51,168 nt of DNA from Anthoceros angustus (Eukaryota; Plantae; Anthocerotophyta). This document shows, piece by piece, positions 23,816-37,025 of the stretch. A model generated the notes under the pieces. That model ran no database searches. It was not told the DNA's origin and saw only the letters and a list, made by a program, of their open reading frames with translations. Both the position numbers and the translations under genes were made by a program. The stretch covers positions 1-51,168 of the forward strand of contig VJWM01000339.1 of assembly GCA_010909165.1 (NCBI GenBank), written 5' to 3'. Position 1 is the first letter of the stretch. Each line of letters begins with the position of its first letter.

Positions 23816-25023
23816 CCAAGAGGGAAGGGGCTAGAAGCCGGGAGGCGTCCAGACTTTCCTCATTCCTCTGGCCTAGTCTAGTACTCACCTTGTGTTTTGA
23901 GTTTTCGTGTGTTGGAGGTTGGGTGTTTCGGGAGAAGAGAGGGCGGGAGCCCTGTGGTGAGGAGAAGACAAGGCGGGGAGCCTGTGTGTGTGGAGGAGAA
24001 GCTGAAGGGAAAGCTGAAGTGAGTTGGAGGCCCGTGGGCTTGTGTGTTTGGAAAATGAGAGGGAAAAGTGAACTGTGAGAGAAGTGGAGAATGCCGGACA
24101 TGGAGAGTTGCTGATTGGCTGTTTGAGAGGAGTAAGAAGGACTGAGAAGTCTGTAAGTGATGTTTGTGTTGCTGAAGAAGAGAGCTGTGAGTGGAGGTTG
24201 AAGATCCCGTGAGTGGATGAGACTGAATGATTGCGGGAGGCTGAACAAGTATTTTGAGAGTTGGTGAAGTGCAAGGGCCTGGATGAGAACCTTGTAAGGA
24301 CTGGAGAGGTGCCGTGAGTGGAAAGTGGAGATTGAATGGGCAAAGGAGTGAGAACAAGGAGAGTTGAAGAGAGTTGGGGAGACTTGGAGAGTGTGGGAGG
24401 ATCATGAGGCACCTCAAGGGGCTGTGAGAGCCTCGGAGAGGTCTGGAGCTTGGAAGGTGAGCTGAAAATGGAGGAGAGACAAGGAAGTCTCAAGAAGTGC
24501 CGCAAGAGAAAGGGGTGTGTGAGTCGCAACCCTTTATGCCGTGAGTTGTCCTAGGTTTAGGTTTAGAGATTAGGTTAGGGCCGGCCGCTTAGGTTGTCCA
24601 TAAATAGTGTGGAAAAGGTGACACGTGGCTAACTCGATTGGTGGATCTAACTTTGTGGATAGATAAGAGAGAGGGTGTCCAACCTTATCCACTTGGATCC
24701 CCAAGTGGGTCCCACCCCTTCTATTAATAGCCAGACCGATCCCAAGGTGGACCCCACTCGCTGTAAAATAGAGGGTGGTTGCTAAGATAGCAACCGCACC
24801 CGCTGCTAAGGTAGCAACAGGGTCGCGTGGCTAAGATAGCCATGTCCAGTGTTGTTAGGATAGTAGCCTCGTCTCAGAATCGCTAGATGTTTGGTGAGTC
24901 TCGTGTTTGGTTGGATTATGTTTTGGTTGTCTTGACATAAATCACCCCTTGGGTACGAATCTCAAGTCTACAACGATAAAGAGGGTAAATGTGGTGACCA
25001 CTTGGTTTAGAAAATCACCCACA
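23816..25023 (+). mobile_element. 3' 1.2-kb fragment of an alpha-subtype LTR, back-to-back with the minus-strand LTR
   Basis: Collinear with 770-1946. Ends AAAATCACCCACA and abuts single-copy sequence beginning CCAT. Confidence 0.85.
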
Positions 25024-26755
25024 CCATTGTAGTGTTTTCATGATAGTAGGTAATGTAGTTTGACAAAAGGCTAATTGCATGTACGCCCGACAAGATACAT
25101 TCAAGCATGTGACAAGGCACATACATACATTCACGCAATGTGGATCAGTGCACAAACTCGGCAAAAGTAGTCGTGACGAGGCGGGCGAATTTTGCACAAG
25201 ACATCGCTATCGCAACCACTGCGCGCTAAGAGGGGCCTTTGGATTAAGTCCTGTATATCAAGGTCACCCACCACTTCTTCATCTTTTGTATATCGGCATA
25301 CTTCCTTCATTGATGCTACGCCATTTTTCGTATATAATGGATGCCTTTAAATGAATTCTCAACACCTATCCCAAAGATCCCCGCTGTTGAAATATGATGC
25401 ACCTATATTTATGGCGTGTTTGCTGCGCTGTATCTAAGGTCAGTAAAATAGAGGAAAAGAGGCTTTGTGGACTAAGCCCTCTTCCCTAGACATTGAACGT
25501 TATCCTTGATTGTCACTACGCTCGCGGATCACTATTGGTGCACTTTATTTACTTCGAATTTCTTCCGCTTGATGATGAAAGGATGTCATCATTTCCAATC
25601 TAGATCGCTTGTTGGTGATAACACTATTTTCTTTCACTACGACTCTTCAACGAAAATCAAATAATTGAAATCATAAAATTAAACCGCAAATTCTCTCAGC
25701 CGATTGGTGATTTGAGGAAATGTATGAATTGATCCATAATTTATGCTATACTTCTATGTAGATGTAGATCCTCTATATGAGCTCGATTTGTTGGTCGATC
25801 ATATCATGATAGGCAAGGCCCTTGTTGGCGACTGGGTGTGCTAGAGTTAGAAACAAATAAGAAGTGTATTCAAAGTCGCCCCTCAGACATCTATAAGCTG
25901 GACCCACATTGAGTAGGGCAATATGATAAGTGTGTGTGTGTGTTGGCCGAGCTTTGTAAGCAGCCGCTTGCTTTTTATTTTGTCTAGAAGTTTGCTGTGC
26001 TGGAACTATAAAGCCAAGCTCGAAAATTGTAATCACAAGCCTTTTTCAAAGATGTGGCATTTGCCCTTCTCGCTCTAACTGCTTCCTTGTGCATGGTGTG
26101 ATGATGATGGAACAGTGGGCTTAGAAGCCCACCCTCCCGGGTTTTTGGCTTGTTGTAGAGTTTTGAGAGTGCCCACTTTGCATACTGACCTGCATATGAT
26201 GCAATAGAGTCGGGTCATTTACATCTCATGTGCTTACAAAATGAAAAAGACTAACTCACTCACACCGCTTCGCTCCTTGTTGAGATAATGACCTGCTGAG
26301 CAACATTGTGCTATGAACTATTGCCACTAACTGTATGAACTATGGCCACTAACCGGAACTCTGCATGTCCAAGCTTGGGAATTGTCCTAGTCCTTTATGA
26401 CGTGCAAAAGTGCAGGCAACCAAGTTCCCTCCATTGCCGGTCATAGGTCTTTGCGTGCAACTGAGCCTTTACGCCCTGAGAGGCATATCCATTTCATTAA
26501 ACTATGCCCGACTTAATACGACTCTCCCCTATTACTGAAGTAAAGTGTAACCGGAGCCGGAGCGAAGGCGGAAGTCTGTTTGCACAACGCGTAACGAAAA
26601 GGGCGCTGCCAACAAGGAGAACAGGCTCGGGCGGGTGTCCAGCGAGGGCTGTCACTGCTGCAAAGGCTACAGATCGTGGGACTCAGGCCCCGCACACGAC
26701 CCACCCACAACCCAACTTGCCCGCCACCCACCCACTCCGCACCAGTCCTGCTTCT

Positions 26756-27872
26756 ATGGGCCGCGCTGGCACCGCTGAATTCGACCATCTCTTCAAGCTG
26801 CTGCTCATCGGGGACTCGGGCGTGTAAGAGCAGCCTGCTGCTCCGCTTTACCGCTGACACCTTCGACGATTTGGCTCCCACCATCGGTACATTACGCCGT
26901 CTCTGCCTGCTTCCTGCGCTGCCTGGCTGGCTTGATTTGCTGGCAGGCTGGACCGAGAGGAGGCGGGCCGCTGAGCTGTGGGATATCCTTTTCGGCAGGT
27001 GTGATTTTCAAGCCTGTTGATGACCCTGAGTGGCAGGAGACTGAAGCTCACAATTTGGGATACAGGTAGGTCGCCGGCTCGCAGCTCGGCTTGGGGCTTG
27101 GCTGGTTCAGGGTTGAGACTCATGCTGCCTTTGTTGTGTGGCGGGTTGGTGCAGCCGGGCAGAGAGGTTTCGGACGCTCACCAGCTCCTACTACAGGGGG
27201 CGCAGGCATCATCCTAGGTTGCCGTTGAATTAAGCTTTGTTGCTGCTGCCTGGCTTGGAAACCCATCCAGCTTGCTTCAGGGGTTGGGGCAATATGCCTT
27301 CTTCTGCTCGGCTGAACCTAGTTTCTGTGGTGCAGTTTATGACGTGACACGCCGGGGAGACGTTTACAGATCTTTCGGATGTGTGTTGAAGGTGGATCTT
27401 TACTCCACCAATCCTGATTGCATTAAGATGTTGGTCGGCAACAAAGTGGACAGGGTGGGTGGTAAAAAGCCCTTGAGGAGGATGAGCTAGATGTTTTGAT
27501 CCAGAATCTTATAATTTTCTTCACTTCATGCCTGTTTGCTCAGGACGCAGAACGCCTTGTGTCCAAGGAGGAAGGTGGATTTTGCCAGGCAGCACGGATG
27601 TCTGTTTCTCGAGTGCAGTGCTAAAACTCGCATCAATGTGCAACAATGTTTGAAGAACTTGTGCAAAAGGTGACTACTGCTTGCTGTGCTGCTCCAGCTG
27701 CCAAATCTGTTGCAATGTTTGTCCGTCAGACTTGTTTGCACATGTCCTTATCATGTGACAGATTTGGACACGCCTAGTTTGTTAGTTGACACAACGGGCA
27801 CAAGAAGCATATTTTAGACCAGGGCCTTCCCAGACTACCGCAGCCGAACCCAGCAGTGGCTGCGCCTGTTAA
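26756..27872 (+). CDS. RABC: Rab GTPase of the RabC/Rab18 family; six exons: 26756-26886, 26999-27065, 27155-27217, 27336-27454, 27544-27669, 27762-27872 (apparent 1-3 nt indels, probably sequencing error)
   Basis: MGRAGTAEFDHLFKLLLIGDSGV(G)KSSLLLRF, TIG(V)DF, [56 protein letters not shown] and a C-terminal CAC* prenylation motif. All five introns are GT-AG (112, 89, 118, 89 and 92 nt). The paralogue is not resolved. Confidence 0.93.
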
Positions 27873-28302
27873 TATGTGTTATACCTGGATAATTGAGGTT
27901 ACGGCTTCCAGTGCTCCATGTATTCCTCTTGCTGGCGGTACGGCTTTTTTTCTGCATCGGCTGCCTAAACTATGGGCTCCGCAGTTTTGCAAGGGCCAGG
28001 GACCGATTTTAGAATAAGAGGGTTGCAAAAGGACCCTTTGGGAAATGGTTAAGGAGATGACCTCCTGCAGATTCTGGAGGACCAGATCTTCAGTTGAACA
28101 AGTGTAAGCTTGCTCCGTTCTCCAACATAGATTTCTTTACAGGTTCTACGTTGTACAACGGAGGTTTGAAACTGCTGTGCACATGGTTCAGCAGGATTAT
28201 GGAACAACATGGCACAGATGTTTATGTATATAATCTAATAGGTAAAAATACACGCAGAGTGTGTACAAGTCCGTTTTCGATAGCCTCTGTTTGTCATGAG
28301 CG

Positions 28303-28990
28303 TCATCTGGCAAGGGTTCTACCACTCTTGAACTTCGTCCAACTGGGGCGGGAGCATGCCAGCGAAACCGCCGTGGGCTCACTGCGGGGCGAGTGCTTGG
28401 AGGATGATCTTCCCGCATCCGTCAAGGGTGATGTACTCACACCTTGGTGACTCAGCTTTTCTCAAGCTCTGCATCTTCCTCGTTATCAGATTTCATGAAG
28501 GGCAGGACTCGAAGACGACGAGCCTTCATGCTAGGTTGCTGGGCAGCAATCCTCTTGAACCATCCTGGTGCTGCTGAGCCTCGGCGCTTCTCTGGCTATC
28601 CTGCAGAGCCTGTCGATTAATCTTCTCAAAGACAAGATGGTAGGGCTTGGGTTCAGCTGCTTTCCCAGACCCCTGTAGCTGTGTCCAATTGCTCTACCGT
28701 TCCAACCTTCGGAGAGACAGGCACTTTCGGTCTTGGTGACTTTTGAAGATCACGGACTATTCTTGGTGACACAGACTCCTTTGCAACCACCACTGCTCGT
28801 CGTGACACAGATTCTTGGCAGCTCTATGTTTCAATGGCTTGCTGGTGATTCCTCATTCCTCGGCGACTCCTTGCAGGCTCGTTGCCCAGGGACCCCTTCA
28901 ACCTAGGTGAGCCCCTGCTCAGTCCCAACTGACATCAACTCTTCTTGCTGGATCTACAGAGGTGCGTCTCGAACGCCAATCCTTGAACCG
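28303..28990 (-). CDS. Possible last exon of a convergent host gene (Ser/Pro/Lys-rich, unknown), cut off by repeat M
   Basis: A near-continuous frame can be followed across a few indels: ...AKESVSPRIVRDLQKSPRPKVPVSPKVG...AEPKPYHLVFEKINRQ...SRPSWTKFKSGRTLAR*, with the stop at 28303-28305. No domain recognised. Confidence 0.35.
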
Positions 28991-31900
28991 CTCATGTTGC
29001 AATTTTGGGGTCATGTAACACTTTGGGCCCCTTGTTACACTTTGGCTTGGAAACCATACCACGGCGTTGTTGCAATCATGTTGCAATGGTGTTGCAATTA
29101 TGTTAAGATGAAGTGAGAGGTGGTTTTGCCCTCTCTCAAAATTGCAACATGATTGCAACATCTAAAGTGTTACAAGAGAGGTCTTGTAACACTTTTGGAG
29201 GCTTGGTACCGAACCTCCTCCCCATCCACCATTGCCCTTTACTTTTGCCCTTTGAAATACCACGTTTTACTTGGTAGTTACCACCGATACACTTCAATAC
29301 CATATAAATACTTGTATCAATACATCCTTGTACTATGCATAGTCTACGGTGATAAATGTAATGTATTATTCTAAGTGCTATCGTGTATTCAATTTCATAT
29401 AAAATAAGTTTGTATATTACGACATATTACTTACATCGTCCGTATATTCATGGTAATGATACTTTGTATTTACTATACGTGTAAATAGCGACCCTTTATA
29501 CCCCTACTTTATAGCATGTTGGCTGCGGTTTGTCCTTCCCAACAATAGCCATCGGCTTCCGCCATGGCGCCCAAGAAGATATTGTCCCCACCTATCACCT
29601 TATTGTGACGCATATCACGTGAGGTTATGCCCTACAAGATTGTCTGCGGAGGAGATTTGGTATGCTGGGCTTATGCTTTTACGCCTCCATGTAAGGCACT
29701 TCCTACTCCATCGTATGCACCTACAGAAACTTCCGCCCCTCGATTCGCAATTTTCTTCTTCCCTCCCACTTGCGTTGAGGCAAGCTTTGCCACTTCCTCC
29801 GCTTCCTCCTCGCCTGAGCACACATTGCACATACAAACCAGCATGGCCGTCATGAGTTATCCAGCGTTAATGGGTTTCCACGATTGTCCATTTGCCTTAC
29901 CTTCCCTCCTCCCTCCTCTTTTCTTACGCCTTCTTGCTGGACATTTTCCTCTTCCGTCCTCCTTCTTCCGGCCGCAGCCGTGCCCTTGTCACTTGCCCAC
30001 CGCTGCCTCCTCTACTCCTCCTCCGTTTTCCTCTTCGGCCTCCACCCTTTATCACAGTGGCATTGCCTCAACTGGGCTCCACTATGTGGTCCATGCTCTC
30101 GATCCGAGGCGCAAGGTATGTGTCGCACAAATTAGGCACGTCCTCTTGACCTCCTCCCCTGCTGCGTCCATGTTCTCTGCAGTCCCCCCGGCCTCCATCG
30201 CATTGGCCTTTGCCGATATCAAGCACTGTTGCCCTCTTAGTCCTCCTTCATTCTCTCTCCTCGACATCATGTTCATGTTCACGCCTTTTGCCCCCCACCA
30301 TGGCTGCTGGGTGATCCACTCGTCCTCCGCCACCCGCTCCTCCTAGTCCCCGCGATTTTTGGCTGTCCATAGTGCACACAAGTGTGTTTCTTCGTGACGG
30401 TTGGTTGCCCCTCCGTGCTCCACCACCCGACTCCCCGCCTCCACACCTTGTTCCGCCTCCATCGGCGTCACTCCATCTCGATCCCAACGGCCTCCACCCT
30501 CCCCATACATGGTCACACTGGCCTCGGCACCCTCCACCTCTTTTCCATTATTTGCTTGCCCCACCGACATGCCTCGTGTGCCTCCATTGACCCCAATCCT
30601 GGGCATGCCCACCAACCCTAGGCAATCGTGGTGTCGCGGGCACCACAATATCGCCCACACTGCCACTCGGTTCCCTCCACCGCCTCCCTCGCATGCTTCC
30701 TCAAGACCGCTCCCTGCCTCCACTTCCCGCTCCTTGTTCATCGCGCCTTTCCCCATTCAAAGTCCTTGTCCCTCGCCCCTCGGCCTCCTTCCTCCCAAGC
30801 CCCTTCCGCGCCATCTGCATTCCTTGATAGCCTCTCGTCCATGTCACCACCTCGTGCACCATCGTTGCCTCCCACCCCTTCCTTCCGTCGTCTCGGAAAG
30901 GCCACCATATCGGGATCCATCTTCAATTCAATGTCGTTAAGCAAAATGGTCATTTCCTTGTTCTCCTTGCAATAGCTTTGAACCTCTAGGATCTTTTCAT
31001 ACACTCCCTATCTTACTGGAACTCAGGCAGAACCCCACTATCGCCTTTCACGATTTCCACCCTTTCCCTTCTAGCAATCCACCACTGCCTCGAAAGGTTG
31101 CCTCCCTTGTCTCCAAGCTTGAACGCCTGCCAAGATGCCAGTGCACATGTGTTACCCGTTTGTCCACCATGCCCACTCATCCGGCCGCAAACTTGAAGCA
31201 CACTTTGCAGTCACTTGCCATTAACGCAGTCTGCGAAACCCACCTCATCCAAAATAGCTCTTCATCTATTTCCTTCACTTCACGCAGTGCTCCAACTCCG
31301 CATCCGTCGGGCCGGGAGGTTCCACGTCTCAAAGTCGTCAAAATCAAGTCGGGCTCGGCAGCATGTCGCCCTCGCCTTACCTCCCTTGACGAGGAGGCCG
31401 CTTCACATCGCCGATGTCGAATGGAGACCCGGGTGCGGTGGATGAGCGAGATAGCCCGAGGCCATTTGGCCCCTCATCCTCCCCACCCAGATACATTTCT
31501 CGCCGTCCGACTATGGTGTTCGCAGCCAGACGTGACTCCCCTAGCAAGCTTCACCGCCATACTCCCCATCCCGCGAACGGTTGTCCACCACCTTCGTGCC
31601 AAGGCAATGGCTTCCTCTCGTGAAAGGTGTGGCCATGAGTCCGTCGAATTCAAGGCTGCTATTTTGAAAAGCTTTGTTTGCAAAGGCCCGGTTGTCATTT
31701 ACTCCTCTTGGCCGGAGGCACATGTACATGCTACTTGCCCATAATCAACAATTTTCGACCACAACAGACTTGGGAGCAAGTTTCATGTCCCATTGGTTAC
31801 GTCGACGTTACTCATGATGTATTATATTGCCCACATGGCCCGCTCTCAATGCGCCCATTCGCATTTTACCATTAATCATCGTCTTCAGACCAAAGATTGC

Positions 31901-34900
31901 CTTGTGCATCCAGGAGGGAGGAGACAATAGACTATAGCATGTGCAAACCAATCACCATACATGATTTATTCCACTTTCAGCACGCGTGACTCGATGGCGT
32001 GCGGGTGACTTGTCATGTCTGGTCAACGGTATGGACGGGCACCAAACCATACCCATCCATTCCGCCAAGCAGACAAGACAGGTCATCGAGTTTTATTGCG
32101 TGACTGGGAAGTACAAGTAGTGATCAAGGATGAAGGACTTTCCCATCCCAATGTTTAATTACGGTAAGCATATGTCCCCACATTGTGAGGTATAAACCGT
32201 CCGCCACACGACGACCGCGTGCCCGAGACGGCAAGAGCCAAGGATGACGCCCTCCATAAGGTCCTTGATGGCCGAGGGAGAGCAACCTCCCATCCATCAT
32301 CCTCGATGGCCATCGTCATTGTGGGAATTGCAGCCCTTGTCCTTAATGCCATCGGTTTCCACCACGCAACAATAATGTGCACACACGCAATGATCCACAA
32401 ACAGACACAGTCGGCGAAGGCGCGGTTTTGACTTATCGGATTCCACAAACACTTTAGCTGCAGCATGGACTTGTAGGTAGGCGAATAGGGCCAAAAAGTG
32501 TTCACATCCGGCCTCATGAACCCCCAGCCATACCGTGTGTGGTCACGAACACCATGCCCGCACCATGTGGAAGGAACCACCTCGCCACCGAACGGCAAGT
32601 CCCCACGAGGATAGCCACGAGAGCTGCTCCACGCCATGAGGCGGTGACACCGCCTCCAACCTTTGCAAAGGATCCTTGATGGCCATCAACGTATTTCTAG
32701 TTGTGCACGAAGATGGAGACATGAACACACTGGTGCGAACTACCACTCCACGCCCATTTAGGTTTCCGGAAGCTAGCTCCGCATACGTCAACATGTCCGT
32801 CATACATGGCATAAGGTAGCAGGAGGCGCCAGTGTGCATGTTCCGGAAGACAGGCTCGCCACCGCGAGGATGACCAAGAGAAAGGTAGTAGCGTGAAGCG
32901 AGGGCAAGGTGGTGACATTTAAAGCGGACCACCACCTTCTACAGCCTCAGCCCCTGTGCCACATCGGGTTGCGGATGAGAGGATCTTGAATTTCAACTCC
33001 TTACATGTGACAAACCAAACATGGCGGCTTTGATGGTCGCCACGACCAACAAAGTGATTCTTGGTAAATGCAATGAGTGTGAAGCGGCACCATAAAGGAG
33101 CGCGAATGCAAGTTTGTTTTCATGTCTCCTAAGGGCTGGAAATCCTTTGCGGCGACGCCATAGTGACGCCGGGCCACCCTAGCATGGTGCGGCGTGAATA
33201 CATTATACGTCGCCATGTGACGCATGATTGGTGGAGAGGAATGGGAGTCTCGAACGATGGACATCATTATCTAGGAGAACGGAATTGGCATATATGGCAA
33301 ATTCACTGACGGTCCTTCATTCATGGCATAATGAAAGGGGCATTTAGTTTGCTTGAATGGCTCTCACGTGCCACCCACCGTCCTTGCACAATGGTGTAGA
33401 TGTTGATATAGATTATTAAAACAAGGATGCAGTCGTTCAAACGACCTTCGACGTGGTGGCATGTTTTCTTCCATGCCATGAGTTTTCAATTATTCTAATG
33501 GCTTGCACCCACCTTCCTTGGACCATGGTGGAGGGAGAATTTTATTTGAGAGAAAGGGAACCATTGTCCTTGGTTCATGGCGGTTGTAAGATGGCCATGA
33601 CCTTGTCATGGCATGGCACTTCCTTGGTCATCGGCCACTGAAATCGCATTGCAAACACTTGTCCTTGGGTCACGAAATGGTCATAAAAAGCGGGGACTAT
33701 ATATGGCATGCATGGAGGAATGGCATCGTGGACAAGGAAGGTTTCGTGTGTGCACTTCGTGCACAAACACGGCAGTGGGAAGGTGGCATGGCAAGGCAAG
33801 GAGCCGGCATGGCATGCCACGTAGTCCCCTTCTTGGATGGAAGCACGGCGAAGGATGGTCCTAGCGCAAGTGAGGTGGGCACTGTGGAGAATGCGGATTC
33901 AATCAAGTGGAGAGGGTGGATGATCATCGCGTGGAGCGGAGGCGGCGAGAGGTGTCGGGTGGAGGGAGCAACTTCCAACAGCAGTGGAGTCTGCCAAAGA
34001 GGAGGACGAGAAAGCGGCCGCAAGGGAGTGGGTGTCTCTAATAGGTGGGAGCTGCTGGAGCTGCTGCGCAGGAGAGAATCAAAACTTTCGAGGAGGAATC
34101 GCCAGGCCGTGACATCGGGAGAGGAGGAGGAATTTGGCGTGAGTCAGAAAGAGGACTGTGGTGATCGGGAGGAGCATGGTGGTGCCAAGAGGCCGACCGT
34201 GTGGTGGCGAGAGAGGCCATTGGTCTTGTGGACCTTCTGCGGTGGCGATGGATAACCCCCAACAACGTGGGAGGAGGATGCCTGTGGAGGGGAGGAAACT
34301 GCCCACAGGAGTGGAGACTGGTCTACTGGAGGAGGCGGTTGCGGAGGCGGGCCAAGGAACGCGTGCATATGATGGTCAGGAGGACGGTGAGGAGAAGGAC
34401 ACGGGCAATGATGGGGAAAGAAGCGAGGAGGCGGATGTGGAGATGGCGGATGATGAGGTGGAGACATACCGACTACATTGCCACTACGAAATTGGAGAAT
34501 TGATGGAGCGTTGGAAGCCAGACGACGCGCTGCGTGTTGTGCAGCATGGGCGTGGTGGAGTGTACATGGCGTGAGCGGTTATGCGATGGAGGTTGGGTGG
34601 AGAATGAGGAGTTGGTGGTTGGTGCGACGTGGTGATATGTAGGACGTGAGCTCTAAGTGATGTGTGTGCATGACTACGGGGAAGAAGGGAAGGAAAGCGG
34701 TGGAAGGTGAAGGCCATGTCGAAGGAAGGCATACTACTAGTGGAGAGAAGGAAGATGGAGGAAAGGTGGCAAACAGGGGGGCGTCACCGTCAAGTGATGC
34801 TGGAGGCAACGTAGATGGTGGGGAACCTGGATGTGGGAGCGTGAGCGTTGGAGAGATGGTGGGGAACCTGGATGTGGGAGCCGGAGCACTGGAGAGATGG

Positions 34901-35941
34901 TGGGGAACCTGGATGGATGAGAGAATTCGGGAGCACATGCCGAATGCAATCTGGAAAACAACCGTGGCAGGTGGACCGTTTGTGGAGGGGGAATGTGAAT
35001 GTTCAGAGCCATTTTCTTGCGACTGGAGTCGCCAAGATGCGTGGTGGACCGGTGATGGTCAATCGAACAAAGATGGAATTGGTATTCCCACCTTTATAGC
35101 CTAGCATTTACAGGGTCCTTCCGTGAAAGTGGTGATTGAGGCCACTGGATAGGTCTAGGAAGTTGTGGAGGAACCACGAAAACAATGGTGTTGGTGCGAA
35201 GAGTCACCAAGTGACGCCGCAAGACATATGGCCATATCACTTGGAAGACGTACATGTTTGTAGATAAAGCCAATTGCATCGGTGGCAACAAAGCCACCGA
35301 TCGAAAGGGATAGAGGACGCTTGAACTATCCAAAATTCCAATTAATTTGTCAATAAAATCAAACACTTATATATGCAAGGTATGAGAGTGACGTAAGGGT
35401 TAGCACATATATATTACTATATAAACAAGTCTTGAATATACATATACATATACAAAGGAGGCATATAAATACACTAATATAATAGAAGTATAAGATGGAT
35501 GTGTACATATATATGTACACATACTTATGTCTTGAAGCCTACATACATATATATGTATACAAAGGATATGCAAAGGAGGTAAAATAGGAAGGAAGGACTG
35601 AGAGAGAGGTCCTTGTAACAATCATGTTGCAAGAGGAATAGGGAAGAGTATAAAATGGTTGTGATAGGGGAGGTCCTTCTCACGGTCATGATGGAGGAGG
35701 AGAAGTGAAAGAGTATAAAAGGGTGTGATAAGGGGCAATAAATAGGGGGTGAGGTGAGAGGAGAGAGACCAAGCATTGTGTTAAGATGGGGTGAGAAGGT
35801 GGATAAGAAAAGGACACCATGAACACCAAGCCACCAAAAGTGTTGCAATTTTGAAGTGGTACATGAAGTGAGAGACCAAGCATTGTGTTAGGATGGTGGG
35901 AGAAGGAAGAGAAAGAATGGACCAACTTAACACCAAGCCAT
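28991..35941. mobile_element. Repeat M copy 3 (near full length, equivalent to 6060-12989)
   Basis: Collinear with copy 1 and has the same M|LTR junction CCAAGCCAT|TGTGG. Confidence 0.8.
29671..33270 (-). pseudogene. MULE-type transposase-like frame, copy 3
   Basis: GSFHMVRAW at 32552-32575, AIES at 31988-31998 and a SWIM-like CTC...CK at 31665-31745. Confidence 0.45.
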
Positions 35942-37025
35942 TGTGGAGTGATTTTCTAAACCAAGTGGTCACAAAGAGGCCACATTTACCCTCTTTATCG
36001 TTGTAGACTTGAGATTCGTACCCAAGGGAGTGATTTCGTGTCAAGACAACCAAAACATAGCCAATCCAACCAAACACGGACATACAAAACATCTAGCGCC
36101 AGGCTACTATCCTAACAACACTGACTCGGCTATCTTAGCCACACCGACCGCTATACCTTAGCACGGACCACCCTTGCTATCTTAGCAACCACCCTCTATT
36201 TTAGCAGAGTGGGACCCATCTCGGGTTCAGCTGCTATTAATAGAAGGGTGGGGCCCACTTGGGGTCCAAGTGGATAAGATTGACACCCTCTCTTATCCTT
36301 CCACAAAGTCGATCCACCAATCGGGTTGCCGATCACACAACCCACCTCCTTACTGTAACACTTCCCGGATCTCTCTTTCTTCCCTCCAACCTTTCAGCTT
36401 TCCTCCCAAGCTTCATAGTCCTCCCAGTCTCACGGCTCTCGAGGTACCTCTTGCATCTCTCCATACTCCCCAAGTTCCTCCAACTCCCTTCCGCTCCTTG
36501 TTCTCACATCTCACCGCCATTCAATCTCCACTTTCACCACAAGACCTCTCCGGGCCCCAAGAAGGTTCTCATCCAGGCCCTTACAGCACTTCACCAACTC
36601 TCAAAATACTTGTTCACACCTCCCGCAATCATTCCGTCTCATCCACTCACGGGATCTTCAACCTCCACTCACTGCTCTCTTCAAAGAACACAAACATCAC
36701 TTACAGACTTCTCCACTCTTCTCCTCTCTCAAACAGCCAATCAAGAACTCCATGTCCAGATTCTCCACTTCTCTCACATCACTTTTCCTCTCATTTTCCA
36801 AACACACAAGCCCACGGCCTCCAACTCACTTCGCCTTTCCCTCTGCCTTCTCCTCCACACACATGTGCTCCCGCCTTGTCTCCTCACACACGGGCTCCCC
36901 GCCTCTTCTCCGAAACACCCAACCTCCAACACACCAAAACTCAAAACACAAGGTGAGTACTAGACTAGTCAAGGGAATGAGGAAGAGTCCGGATGCCTCG
37001 GCTTCACAACCCCTTCCTCTTGACC
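35942..37025 (-). mobile_element. 3' 1.08-kb LTR fragment, beta/alpha recombinant
   Basis: Beta-diagnostic sequence at 35942-36497 and alpha-diagnostic sequence at 36512-37025. Confidence 0.75.

Noticed and set aside
19687-25023. DIRS or tyrosine-recombinase element suggested by inverted terminal repeats
   Set aside because: The associated element has a DDE integrase, a tRNA PBS and TG...CA ends; no YR motifs were seen.
25024-26500. Additional gene in the single-copy region upstream of RABC
   Set aside because: Only short ORFs without recognisable motifs or a convincing exon chain; a short (TG)n at ~25929 is trivial.
26504-26827. 107-aa track ORF as an N-terminally extended Rab
   Set aside because: The upstream part is non-conserved UTR-like sequence; ATG 26756 gives the normal RabC N-terminus.
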